A stretch of 26,245 nucleotides of DNA, the filler included, from Sarea resinae (taxonomy: Eukaryota): NCBI GenBank assembly GCA_026026165.1. It is 4 parts of 4 records of this genome, joined end to end, with 100 filler letters (N's around TTAATTAATTAA, not from the genome) between each part and the next. Parts side by side here need not be neighbours in the genome. Positions count along the whole stretch, not along the records: positions 1 to 7,634 come from JAPEUD010000140.1; positions 7,735 to 14,620 come from JAPEUD010000141.1; 2 more parts are not named here. One strand, 5' to 3'. Positions 1 through 12,100 of the stretch are shown here, piece by piece (position 1 is the stretch's first letter; each line of letters starts with the position of its first letter). The notes under the pieces were generated by a model. The model had not been told where the DNA came from. It saw only the letters and a program-made list of their open reading frames with translations, and did not search any database. Both the position numbers and the translations under genes were made by a program.

Positions 1-826
1 GAAGGTGCAACGGGGTTAGTTGCAAATTTCATCAGCATGTAACCTCCTGAATCGGGAAATGCATCAAGATCCGGCAGTATTGGATAGCTGTCTACCACAC
101 TGAGGTTAGGACGAGTGGGGTGTTTCGGTTTCGTCCAAGAATCGATCTCTGCTTGGGTCGACACGCTTCCGCGTATATCGTGTTCAGTGTCAGGCCCTTT
201 GTAAGCGTCATTGGGATATGCGAGATCGAAACCCTTGACTACTGATCTTAGAATGTTGATCGGGTCGTCCTGCGCGACGTCGGATCTTCGTCGCTTTTTC
301 AGATTCGTAGATCTGATGAGGTTCTTCGACGTGGTCGATTCAAAGCGTGAACGTCCTTGTTCGGAAGAGATGTATTCTGTACGTCGGAGAAAACTGACAC
401 CAGCGGTCACAGATGTCGGTTTGCCAAGGGTTGACAAAGGTCGCAGGAGTGCGCGATCACGAGGATGAACAATCGCCTGGCCTGGCTGTGGCTGAATAGC
501 TGTCATTGCAAGTCAGCATCCCACTGCGCTTCAGCGTCACGGACATCAATTAACTCACAACTCTCATCACCGTCAAAGACGCCGGGCATGCCCACCAAAT
601 CTATGGGCATTCCCAGTTCTGCATCTGCCTCGATGTTCAACGGTTGCTCTCTGGCCAGCCTCGATGCAAAGCCGGCGGAAGTATACTGTCCTCCTGCGAG
701 GCCAGTATTCGGGATCTCTAAAAGCTTTGGGGGGTTTGGAGGAGGAGGAAGCGCATTGGAATATCTGATGCGAGCAATGTAATCTTGATGGTAGGCCCGC
801 TCCGGACGAGCTGAGGAAGAGGTCAT
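1..826 (-). CDS. PAF1: RNA polymerase II-associated factor Paf1 (3' end runs off window); exons 826-559, 499-<1
   Basis: N-terminus YHQDYIARIRYSNALPPPPNPPKLL...NIEADAELGMPIDL is the Paf1 N-terminal signature; intron 558-500 (GTGAGT..GCTGAC..CAG) restores frame into HPRDRALLRP...FLRRTEYIS. Confidence 0.93.
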
Positions 827-1319
827 ATTGAGCTAGAATTGCAGAGAGACTGCACTGCAGCTGCGCCGGTATGTTGATTGACTGATTGTAGGTTTTGGCG
901 CTCGATGTGGTTGAGTCCTGATTTCGGAATGAGCTTCGAGTTGGAGGTTTAGGTTGTTGGGTCTGTCGCGAAGGTGAAGATTGTACGGCTAGCATTTCAG
1001 ACCACATGGGCCAATCCGCATTGACGTGCCTGGGCACTTGGAGCAACCTGAAGTCACCGCCCGCTTACGCAGTACGCATAGTATTGTTACAACACTGACC
1101 AAAGGTATTCACGGTATTGATTAAATTTTGGCAGCGAGCTCTGTGCTATGCACGGTGTAAATCCAACGGCAACGATGATGCTTCACCTCAACGCCCCCAC
1201 CGCCCCCACCAGATCTCGAGGCCAGGCGGCTCATCATGTTCTCAAACGCCAGCATGACCAGCCTCCCAGCATCTATTTTCCTTTCAACTCCAGTACCGAA
1301 ACTCGAAATCATCGCTTCT

Positions 1320-3729
1320 CTACCAAGCCCACATACACTTATATGCAAGCGATCGACTGCCAAGACGGTCATACTCCAAGGGTTGTATCCAGCTATCATG
1401 GCCTTTCAGCTTCCCAAATACGCTCCCCCCTTTCCACACAACCACCTGTGCGTCCAACTCCCTAGGCGGGGTGCCAATCATGATGTCGAATCGGGGTCGT
1501 AGCTCTCGGAGTCTCGCTTCCAGGTAAGCTCGAAATCCGGTAAGCTGACTTCCACCACCGATGACCATGATTCCTCCAAGAAAGTCCCGTGTTTTTCTTT
1601 CGTCGTCACGGGAGCCGTTGGAGATGGCCATCAAGATGGCCTGATCGAGAGGATAGACAGGAAGAATGCGATCTCGTTCTTCCGCAGAAAGTAACTTCTC
1701 CGCGGCAACGGCATTGGCGGCAGCAGCGGCCGTACCGTTGACCGCTGGTGTCGTCGTCCCAGCGGGCTGAGGGGTGCCATTACCTTCCGGAGCCGGTGAG
1801 CCCGCGACAGACGAACGAGGCGTGTTGTCGAGGTCGTTCAGTCGACTGGCAAGACCTGGAGGCTGCTTGCTAGGAGTAGATGCCACGAAATTGCCACTGA
1901 TACCGTCTGTATCTGGCGCGGCATCATTTCTCACAAGCGACGGCGCAATCTCCCGGCAAATGGCTGTTTGAGCAGATGAAACGGGATCATTCGGTGATTT
2001 GTCGTAGAGGTCGTACGAGCGTTCGATAATCTTCCTCCGCCCACGCAGCTTTTCCGAATTGTCGAATATCGACGGTTTGAAATAGCCCTGTATAGAAGCA
2101 TTAGGCTTATCGTGTGAGAAACAGGTTCTATGATTGAACGTACCATGGGAGCTAAGATGACCTCATCATAGACTTTGAAAGTATATTTCCTCGTGTCTTG
2201 GCCTGCGACCCGCAAATGGAACTCGTGCTGATGGACGCCAATGTCGCCCTCTATCATGTGACAGCAGAGTTGCTTCAGCTCTTCCGCTAAAAGGAAATCA
2301 TAACGACGCTTGAGATTGATATCGGCATAAGGAAATTGATCGAACAGCATCATTCTAATGAAGGTGTCTGTAACATCGGCACCGCCGTACTTGAGATTGA
2401 CCCGCGAGTTCTCGAGACACATGCCCTCATCTACGCAACATATAGACGTCTTCTGAGCACCCATATCAACGATACAGGCGGTAGAGTAGCCCGCCCCGAA
2501 AGTGGCGGCCACACTCTCCTGTATGAAACATACACGACCAAAAGAGAATTCCCTGAAAAGCATTTCTAGGATCGACGTAACATAACTCCGCTCGTAGAGG
2601 TCGGGAATGATAAAGACGCACCCATACTGGGTCCAGTCTTTCTTTCTCTTGAGACCTAGCTGGTTCTTGATAGCATCCTCGATGATCACGGAGATGTCTT
2701 CGTAGAGAAGCGTCTTGCTGGTGTAAACTTCCTCGTTGCACCATCCATGCTGAATAGGCCACGAGAGTTTGTATCTAGGTCTGGAGTCATCGGGAATGCG
2801 CAAAGCTTCGTGGCCAGTGATGACTTCTGGGGCCTCTTTCGGATTTGGTGGAATATCTGTCCAATTGATCTGGAAAGAATCGTTGTGTTCCGAGACCGTG
2901 TCGTAAGTGTGACGCCGGTTATAGTTCACCACAAGCTCCTTGGAGTTGGGCAAGACACGAAACTTTTGTGAACGCATTGAGGTCTTCATCTCAGCGGTCA
3001 TGGCCGTAAATTGAGTCGCAAACTAGCCATGTTGTCAGTATTTTCATATCCCAAGTATCAGCTGATGACGCCGACCTCTTCACCGAATTGCTGCTCGGGG
3101 TCCATATGCTGATTGCCCTCCTTCCGCACGCGCTTGGGCTTGGGATCCGCGCTCGCCAGCTCGGACTCATTGAACTTCGCTTTCCTAGCAATGACCATGG
3201 GAACTGTCTTAGGCAGCGCATCGCTGGCGAGGCCGATCCTCAGGTTTTGACTTCCTGGATGTATGATGATGACCTTGGAGCCTTGTCCAGCCGCAGCACC
3301 AGACCCGTCCTCGGCGGCATTGCCATCTGCCATTTCGGCGTCGGGATCAGCCATAGGTACCTCGTTCCGGCTGGCAGCTGCCAATGCGCGATCCTTGTCC
3401 TTGGCCTCACGCATCATCCGATTGCGGTTCTCCTCGTTCGCATTGCGGTAGACGAGGATCTGGTCGTCGCGTTTGAGATATTCGCTGGAGGGGGCAGTTG
3501 ATCAGGCATGTCCGGCACAGCTCGAGAAGAGGGGGACCCACGTGTAATAGTTCTTCTGATTGATGGGAGCCACGATGGGCCACGACGTCAAGGGCAAGTT
3601 ATTATCCGTCCTGGCGAGGCCTGGAGCGGCTCGTCAGCGCACTGAGAGCGAGAGAGTCGAGGGCAGATGCAGGTGATGAGACCAACCTTCCTCCCGGAGG
3701 AGAGCCTTGCCCGACTTCTTGCCCACCAT
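1320..3729 (-). CDS. ARP8: Actin-related protein 8 (INO80 complex); exons 3729-3687, 3620-3542, 3484-3076, 3022-2144, 2087-1320
   Basis: Spliced product has INQKNYYTEYLKRDDQ, IIIHPGSQNLRIGLASD, CIVDMGAQKTSICCVDEG, YGGADVT, IGGGSQLTGF, PPRELDAQVVVWKGGSV; all four introns GT-AG and frame-consistent. Confidence 0.93.
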
Positions 3730-4375
3730 CTTGAAGGAATCGCTGATGCCGTCTTGGAGAGATGGAGGAGTGAGAAGTGCATCCGATGGAGATATTATTG
3801 ACTGTAGCAGTCCACGGTGCCAAGTGCCAAGGGCCACTACAGCCTTAAGCCACAACTTTAAGCTCATGTATCTCATGTATCTCCTGCTTGAATAGGCACT
3901 CGCAGGTACGGTATTGCGCAGTATCTGATGCACTCACCATGTACTCTGGAGTACTCTGGAATACATCCACCGCGGTCTCTGTACACAAGACGATTACAGA
4001 TTACATGGGTCCCCGTACTTCGTCAATAGCCCTGGAGCTACTCCGGAGTACTTCGTAGTGGCACTCCCTCCGATCCCTATAGGGAGCTCCGAAAGCTCAC
4101 CAACATCATTTATCCAACAGAACTACTTCATATAGTCGCGACACGAGGACACCGTGGACGTTCAGTATATCCAACTCCACTCACTCTATAGACTCATTCA
4201 AGCCGGATCGCAAGGCCCTTCTATCTCCCCCTCAACCTCAGCATTTCCTACCCCTCCAGCCCCAGGCTCGGGCGGCCATTTCCTATTATCTCCGACCTCA
4301 CTTCACTTGGCAGGCCAAGTCTTCTCCCTTTTTCACACCCCCAACGGCCCCGACGCGTGAGCGTACACATACGGA

Positions 4376-5254
4376 ATGGGCGGCTCGATATCGAGGCTAC
4401 TCTCGGGGCTCTCCCTCTGGACGAAGAAAGAGATTCGGGTCCTGATTTTGGGACTGGTGTGTCCTAGGCTATCAATGCTCGTGCACATGGGCGCAAACTG
4501 ACCGAGAATCAGGATAATGCCGGCAAAACGACGTTACTGTGGCGATTAAAAGTACGCTCTCTTCCTGAACTTCTCAATGTCACTCTTGAGCGATGTCCAA
4601 AGGAGAGGACTCAAAGCTGATGATGCGACACAGATCGGCGAAGTGGTCACGACAACCCCAACCATAGGCTTCAATATCGAATCCGTAACTTACAAAAACC
4701 TGAATTTCACCGTCTGGGTAATTAAACCCCCTCCCTTTTGTCATCACTGGATTCTGTCACGACGGCTCCTGCTCCTCCATTAACCCCCAACTAACTACTC
4801 GACCAGGATCTCGGTGGCCAAACCTCAATCCGCCCTTACTGGCGTTGCTACTACGCCGACACATCCGCCGTCATCTTCGTCATCGATTCCACAGATCTAG
4901 ATCGGCTCAGCACGGCTGCCGATGAATTAACGGCCATGCTCAACGAAGACGAGCTGCGAGATGCCGCGTTGCTCGTCTTCGCCAACAAGCAAGATCAGCC
5001 CGGCGCCAAGGGGGCTGGCGAGATAAGCGAAGCTTTGAGGCTCGGGGAGCTTCGGGACAGAAACTGGAGTATTGTTGCATGTTCCGCTGTAGATGGACGG
5101 GGTATCTCGGAGGGAATGGACTGGTTGGTTGTGAGTAATCCTGCTTCTTGTCGTTGCCGCTTGGATTGTGTTGCATTGTCTGTCCGCATGGCGTTTTCGA
5201 AGTATGCTGACATTGGAATCATAGCAAACCATCCAATCTGAATCATCTTCATAA
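4376..5254 (+). CDS. ARL1: ADP-ribosylation factor-like GTPase Arl1; exons 4376-4456, 4513-4551, 4634-4717, 4807-5130, 5225-5254
   Basis: Myristoylation start MGGSIS; GLDNAGKT P-loop; [33 protein letters not shown] (Arl1-type switch II); FANKQD. Confidence 0.93.
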
Positions 5255-5872
5255 GCTCACCTGATTATCTTCTCCCATACCCCGCGCCCCACATTTCTCC
5301 CTTATTGTCTCTTAATCGAAGCTGTTCTATTTTTTCCAATCTTTCTGGGATGGTTTCAGGGGTCAGGTCCCCGAGCGTAGATAAAGGCAGAGCAGATTTG
5401 CATAGCGTCTGTTAGGTGTATATGCTTGATTGGTGGATTGATATAATGAAGATCAGAAAGATCAAATACCGAACGTTACAAGAACTTACTTGTCACTGCG
5501 ATGGCCCTCAAGCCATGAATTCAATGTCTCTGTCTGTAATTCGATATAAGTCTATAGATATCTCAGTCTGTGGATATCTTGATACAATCGGTCTTGTACC
5601 ACCTGCTCGTAGCCTGTAGAGCCTACGTAGTACTTCGTCAGGTGTCTCGCAGAGAGTAGATGAAGATGACAGACTTTAGCGAGCTGATTGAATGCGCGAG
5701 GACGGACGGCTATGGACATGTCGACAGCGTGAAGGTCCGTCCACCAAGCTTCTTGTTGACTCCATCATCCAACCTTCTTCACCTCCCTCGGACCAGGCAC
5801 ATCTGCAAAGATCTCCTCCTCCTCAGATCGTCTCATCGACATCATCATCATCATCAACCGCCATCAGTCCCA

Positions 5873-7222
5873 ATGGCCACTCTCTCGTTCGACGAGATCA
5901 TCCAGGCGGGTGCGTCTTGCCGTCACCCTGCGCCTTCTCTTCACCGAGATGGACGACTGACTGACAAAATCTCACTATACAGACCGTCAACGCAGAAAGA
6001 ACGAAGCATTGGCCAATGAGATCTTCGGCAAGAATCGCCGATCCAGCGCTCCTGGTGGCGGGGCTCTGGGCGGTCGCAAAGCAGTGACGGGGCCTCCAAG
6101 CTTGGCCAGTCGAATATCCAGCGGTAAACCAGCTAATGGCGGCGGCATCGCAAAGGTAGCGCCCATAGTTCCCTCTGCTTCAATTCAGCTCCGAGGCAAT
6201 TCAACTGATCAGATACGTCACTCTCTTGATAGCGCTCCGCATCACTGGCATCACCCAAGCCCCAAGCCCAAAAGGCCTCTATCGACGACAACAAGTGGTC
6301 CCACGACCTGCACCACGTCAACAACCCGCGTGCCTCGCGCGCCTCTCGTCTCAACCCCAAAAACGCCTCCCGCCTACTTCCAGGATCCAAGCTGCTGAAG
6401 CCCTTGCGCCAAGCACAATCGACTCCGGCCTTCAATAATACCGACCGCAACCTTTCTCGTGACGACCTCTTCTCCACGCAAGCAACAATCCACCCCGCTT
6501 CTTCCATCGGGATCCGCATCAAAGGCTCCGCGGGGCCGTACATAGTCATCGGCAGCAACTTCGCGCCAGGCACAACAGCAGATGACATAGAAGCCGCATT
6601 CGGGCCCGTAGGCGGCGCCATTACGAGATGCAGGATCCTAGCCAGCTATCCGATAGTAGAAGCCGAGATTGAGTTTCTAGAGAAGAGCGGGGCCGAGAAC
6701 GTAGTTGCTACGTTTGATGGGCGAAAGGTATTTCCCTTTTGGTTTTGTTCTTAATCACAGTAGCTAACGTTAAACGCACACCAGGCCGACGGGCGCCATC
6801 TCTCTCTGTCTCTAGGACCAGTCTCTTCTGCCGCCCCCCTCACCCAAGCACCAGCCATCACCACGCCGCCAATCATCCCAACAGGCCCCAAAGCCTCGCG
6901 GCCACGACCTCAGTCCCGATTCCCTCCCTCACAAGCGCAGTCGCAATCGCAAGGCCGCGACCGCTACCAAGAACGCACCACCAGCAGTCGGCGCGGCGGC
7001 CCAGCAGCACGTGGCCCAGACGAATATATCCAGGATGGCCGGTACGGGTTCACCGGCGACGAGGATGATGTCATGGGCGGCGTGGACGACGGGCGTGAGA
7101 ACGCCCGGGGTGGTAGAGGCGGTAGGAACGGCGATGCTGACGGTAGCAGCAGCAGAGGGCTGTATAGTGATGGGCTTGTTGGCAAGCAGGCTAAGTGGGG
7201 GACGCCGAGACGGGGGAGATGA
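5873..7222 (+). CDS. RRM-domain RNA-binding protein with UBM-like N-terminus, WxHD motif and RGG-rich tail (ALYREF/Yra1-like architecture); exons 5873-5909, 5983-6155, 6233-6727, 6785-7222
   Basis: Three GT-AG introns give a continuous ORF: MATLSFDEIIQADRQRRKNE...KWSHDLH...VIGSNFAPGTTADDIEAAF...AEIEF...AENVVATFDGRKADGRHLSL (RRM fold pattern)...RGGRGGR. Confidence 0.8.
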
Positions 7223-7634
7223 AATTGTGATGAGATGGACATCCTTGCGTTGATCGATCCGCTGCAGCCAAGTCATGTTCTCTTGTTGTCGTTGTTGTTG
7301 TTTCTGGCTTCCATCCGTGAACACTGATGTTTCTACGGTAAGGCATGGTTGGGATGGGCATGCTTGGATTCCGTAAATGCTACGTACCGTCATGGCCAAC
7401 GGGTCCAAACACAAGGTTGAAACCTGGGGTCTAAAGCAAGGAGGCAGAATTATTTGATGACCTTAATACAGTACCAATATCTCTGTCAATCGCATGCATG
7501 ATCGATATTTCAAAATGGGTGAATTGGCACCAAAAAAAAGGGGGGAGCCTGAGGACCGTCCGAGACCCACCCCCTCCTCACCTGCCTGCCCCAGCGCCCG
7601 GAACCATTCTCTCCTCTCTCGCCCCTCTCTCTCT

Positions 7635-7734
7635 NNNNNNNNNNNNNNNNNNNNNNNNNNNNNNNNNNNNNNNNNNNNTTAATTAATTAANNNNNNNNNN
7701 NNNNNNNNNNNNNNNNNNNNNNNNNNNNNNNNNN
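7635..7734. other. Artificial contig spacer (N44-TTAATTAATTAA-N44)
   Basis: Exactly 100 bp; central 12-mer gives stops in all six frames; identical to the two other spacers. Confidence 0.97.
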
Positions 7735-7861
7735 GGTGTAGCGGAGGGCTATATATCGTGCGGGGGATGGAAGGTCAGTAAAAGCCGAGGTGAGAGTAGG
7801 CGTAGAATGGGAGGAAGAGGGAGAAGGCTCATACCAGAAAAGGACTTGAGGCCTTCGGGGG
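7735..7861. repeat. 127-bp terminal direct repeat, copy 1 (identical to 14494-14620)
   Basis: GGTGTAGCGGAGGGCTATATATC...GGACTTGAGGCCTTCGGGGG at both ends of contig 7735-14620, offset 6759. Confidence 0.95.
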
Positions 7862-8723
7862 TCAGACGGCCGCCTCGACGGATATGGTACGGGCTCAACT
7901 CGTGCAGGATGCTGCCGATCGTGACGGGATACGTAAGCAGGCGGGTGGCTTGTCTGAGACTGCGCTCGTCGTTGATGGCGCGGAATTCGCGCGAGTAGAG
8001 GAACGTGTCCCAGTTCGTCATGTTGATCATGGCCTCGTCGAGCTGTTCGCCAGGGTACTCGAATTCCGGGAAGAAGCGCCCCGAGCGCAGGTCATGGTCG
8101 TCTTCGTTGATCTCGCGCAGCGTGTCGCAGATCTCCAGATGGGATTCGTAGTCGTCCGCCCAGTGGTCTTCGGTGCAGTACACGGGGATCCCGCAGTCGG
8201 GGCATTCGAACGATACGTGTGCCGGGGGCAGGGTTTCGGTGGAGGTGGATTTCCGGGCTTCTGGGTCGGTGGGGGAGGCCGGCACGCGGGTCTGGTGGTG
8301 TGCTGGGTGCGGGCACGAGGCGTGTTGCTTGATGAAGGCGGCGCGTTGTCGGATTTCGGGAGAGGGCGATTCGGAGAAGGGGTGGAAGAGGTTGTTGGGC
8401 TGGAGGAGGGGACGGCCGACGGTTTCCGGCGGCGGCATGTCCGCTAGGCCTCCTGGGGTTGGTACTTCGACGGGCTCAGAGACGGGCACTTCGCCCTTCT
8501 GGCCCGATAGCGACGAGGCATTGCGAAAGTTTCTGGTGAATGAGGAATTGGTCGAGAGACGATGGCGTGTGGAGGACGGCGAGGACGAGGACGAAGAAGA
8601 GGCGTTGACGGAGAGATATCGACGGCCGACTTGTTGCTTGAGAGGTCGAATTGATTTGGCGCTTGGTTTAGTGCTCGACCGCACAAAGGCCAGACAGCGC
8701 TGACAGGTTGAGGCTGACAGCAT
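7735..8723 (-). CDS. MSS51: Mitochondrial COX1 translation/assembly factor Mss51, 5' half (exon 1 8723-7835, intron 7834-7749, exon 2 begins 7748 and continues in the 14507 copy)
   Basis: Arg/Ser-rich mitochondrial presequence-like N-terminus; FECPDCGIPVYCTEDHW...HLEICDTLREINEDDHDLRSGRFFPEF; NWDTFLYSREF; LLTYPVTIGSILHELSPY. Confidence 0.9.
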
Positions 8724-8950
8724 CTCTGGCAGAAATGAGGGTTACGGATGGTGGTGGTGGTGATGATGATGTTTGGTGGAGTTGCGGCTCAGCCAGCTGG
8801 AGGCGTCTTTCAGTCTGGGTGGTCCGAGACTTTGAAGTCCATATGCTCGTGCACTAGCGACGGGGTACTCCGAGTGCATTGTGTGAACGGACCAATCAGA
8901 AGCGCGCATCTAGAGGCTCAAGTCTTTGATACTTTCACCTCCATCGTCTG

Positions 8951-9029
8951 CATCTTCATCTTCATCTTCATCTTCGTCTCCATCTCCATCTTCGTTCTCA
9001 CCACCACCACCACCACCACCACCACCACC
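8951..9029 (+). repeat. Compound microsatellite (CATCTT)4 ... (CAC)10 in the MSS51/RSE1 divergent intergenic region
   Basis: Directly visible tandem repeats at 8951-8974 and 8999-9029. Confidence 0.9.
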
Positions 9030-9190
9030 TCAATTACCCTCACCTTGTCTATCATAGAGGCCTCTTTTCCATGTCCATACCGTAGACATGGACTAGACCC
9101 CTTGAACTCATCTCCTGATCCTGATCCTGCTCATCAGCGACACCGTCCGGGACCGTCGCCAGGCCCGGCCTGCTGGCCCAATCGCCCAGC

Positions 9191-12100
9191 ATGGCTACCA
9201 CGTCGTCCATGTTCATGTACTCGCTGACCATCCAGCCTCCTACCGCGCCGACTCAAGCCATTCTAGGACAATTCGCGGGCACAAAGGAGCAGCAGATCAT
9301 CACCGCATCGGGCTCGTTGCTCACCCTGCACCGGCCTGATCCCACCCAAGGCAAAATCAGCACCGTCCTTTCTCACGATGTCTTCGGCATCATACGCACC
9401 CTCGCTGCTTTCAGACTCGCGGGCAGCAATAAAGGTATGTACATTCGGTAGACTCTTTGAAAGTTGCATTTAGTGATTCTCGAAGTGGGGCGGGCAGCAA
9501 GATCAAGGCCGGCTGAGGCGCCGCCAGCCCAGAGCACTGCGGCACTAGAAGAAGAATTGCGCTGAGATTGCGGTATAGATTATATCATCATCGGGTCCGA
9601 TTCTGGACGCATCACCATCATAGAATATGTCTCCGCGCAGAACAAATTCAATCGGTTACACCTCGAGACGTTTGGGAAATCGGGTATTCGACGCGTCATC
9701 CCAGGACAGTATCTTGCTGTCGACCCGAAAGGCCGAGCTTGCCTGATCGCGTCGGTGGAGAAGAATAAGCTGGTCTATGTCCTCAACCGGAATGCGCAGG
9801 CCGAGTTGACCATTTCCTCGCCGTTGGAAGCTCATAAGGCTCAGACGTTGGTTTTTGCCATGGTCGGGCTGGATGTGGGCTACGAGAATCCCGTCTTTGC
9901 TGCCTTGGAGGTTGACTACAGCGAATGCGACCAAGATCCTACCGGTCAAGCGCTTGAAGATCTCGAGAAGTTTCTTGTCTACTACGAGCTCGACCTCGGA
10001 CTGAATCATGTCGTCCGGAAATGGGCAGATCCTGTGGATAGGACAGCAACCATGCTTTTCCAGGTCCCCGGAGGAAGCGATGGCCCTAGTGGCGTCCTTG
10101 TTTGCGGAGAAGACAATATCACTTACCGACACTCGAACCAAGATGCTTTCCGGGTAGCGATACCTCGTCGACGAGGCGCGACAGAGAACCCGGACAGAAA
10201 GCGGTATATTACTGCTGGCGTCATGCACAAGATGAGAGGAGCGTTCTTTTTCCTCTTGCAGAGTGAAGATGGCGATCTCTTCAAGGTGACGATAGACATG
10301 GTTGAGGACGATAATGGGCAGCTTACTGGCGAAGTGAAGAGATTGAAGATCAAGTATTTCGATACAGTCCCGCTGGCTTCGAGTCTCTGCATTCTCAAAA
10401 GCGGATTTCTCTTTGTCGCCAGCGAGACTGGGAACCATCACTTCTATCAATTCGAAAAACTTGGCGACGACGACGATGAACAAGAATACATGAGCGATGC
10501 GTTCCCGGTTGATCCTAGAGAGCCTTATACGCCTATCTATTTCCATCCGCGTGGTTCAGAGAACATCAATCTTGTTGAGAGCATCGACTCCCTGAATCCG
10601 TTGATGGACTGCAAGGTTGCCAATCTCACGGACGAGGATGCACCGCAAATTTATTCAATATGCGGTACCGGCGCTCGAAGTACGTTTAGGACTCTCAAGC
10701 ATGGTCTCGAGGTTTCTGAGATAGTCGAGTCGGAACTGCCCAACGTCCCTTCGGCCGTCTGGACTACCAAACTCACCCGAGGAGACGAGTTTGATGCTTA
10801 CATCATTTTGTCGTTCACTAATGGAACGCTGGTGCTCAGCATCGGTGAAACCGTCGAAGAGGTAACCGATACGGGCTTCTTGTCGTCCGCACCAACATTA
10901 GCTGTGCAGCAGCTTGGTGAAGACGCTTTGATTCAAGTACACCCGAAGGGTATTCGACACATCCGAGCCGATAGGCGTGTCAACGAGTGGCCAGCACCCC
11001 AACATCGGTCCATCGTTGCAGCGACGACGAACGAACGACAGGTCGCTGTGGCCCTCAGCTCTGGAGAGATTGTCTACTTTGAGATGGATGCTGACGGCTC
11101 GCTTGCCGAGTACGACGAGAAGCGCGAGATGAGCGGCACGGTCACTTGCCTGAGCTTAGGAGAGGTACCCGAAGGGCGGGTACGAAGCCAGTACTTGGCT
11201 GTCGGATGCGACGACTCAACGGTCCGAATTCTCAGTTTAGATCCAGATTCCACCCTCGAGAACAAGTCTGTTCAAGCCTTGACATCAGCACCTTCGGCGT
11301 TGTTGATAATGTCGATGGCGGACTCATCTTCCGGGGGGTCTACCCTATACCTCCACATAGGTCTCTACTCTGGTGTGTATCTCCGCACCGTGCTTGACGA
11401 AGTCACCGGCGAGCTTTCGGATACCAGGACACGATTTCTCGGGCCTAGACCCGCGAAGCTCTTCAGAGTGTCTGTGAAAGGGCGAGCTGCAGTGTTGGCG
11501 TTGAGTTCGCGACCATGGCTAGGCTACTCCGATCCACAGACCAAGGGCTTCATGCTCACTCCTCTGAATTACTCTCCCCTCGAGTGGGGCTGGAACTTCA
11601 GCAGCGAGCAGTGCACGGAAGGCATGGTTGGTATTCAAGGACCACATCTAAGGTACGTAAACCTCTTTTGGTTCTACGTTTGGCAAATTCCATGATGAGT
11701 CCTACTATACGCATTCCTACGTCCACAGTGGCGATGAGGATACGCTTTTTAAATTCCAATTGTTCCTTCTGATACTATTTGCAACTTTGCCATCTTTCTT
11801 TCTCTTGCTAGATTGTTCTGATGGTCCCCCACTAATGAGCCGTTCTCAGAATCTTCTCCATCGAAACACTCGCCAATAACCTTCTACAAGAATCCATCCC
11901 CCTCAGCTACACGCCTCGCCATTTTGTACGACATCCTGAACAGCCTCTCTTTTACGTCATCGAATCCGATAATGGTATCTTATCGCCAGCCACTCGCAAT
12001 CAACTACTCAATGATCCATCAAACCCCGTCGTCAACGGAGATGCAGCCGTACTTCCACCTGAGGACTTTGGCTATCCACGAGGCCAGGGTCATTGGGCCT

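Noticed and set aside
7679..7690. TTAATTAATTAA repeated three times as a biological repeat or CRISPR-like element
   Set aside because: Always centred in 44+44 Ns; a synthetic six-frame stop linker
8748..9227. 159-aa ORF with poly-T and IF repeats
   Set aside because: Translation of microsatellites in an intergenic/UTR region
9656..10546. 296-aa antisense ORF inside RSE1 and other long antisense ORFs (e.g. 7884-8447, 13750-14367)
   Set aside because: Shadows of codon-biased genes on the opposite strand; no recognisable motifs
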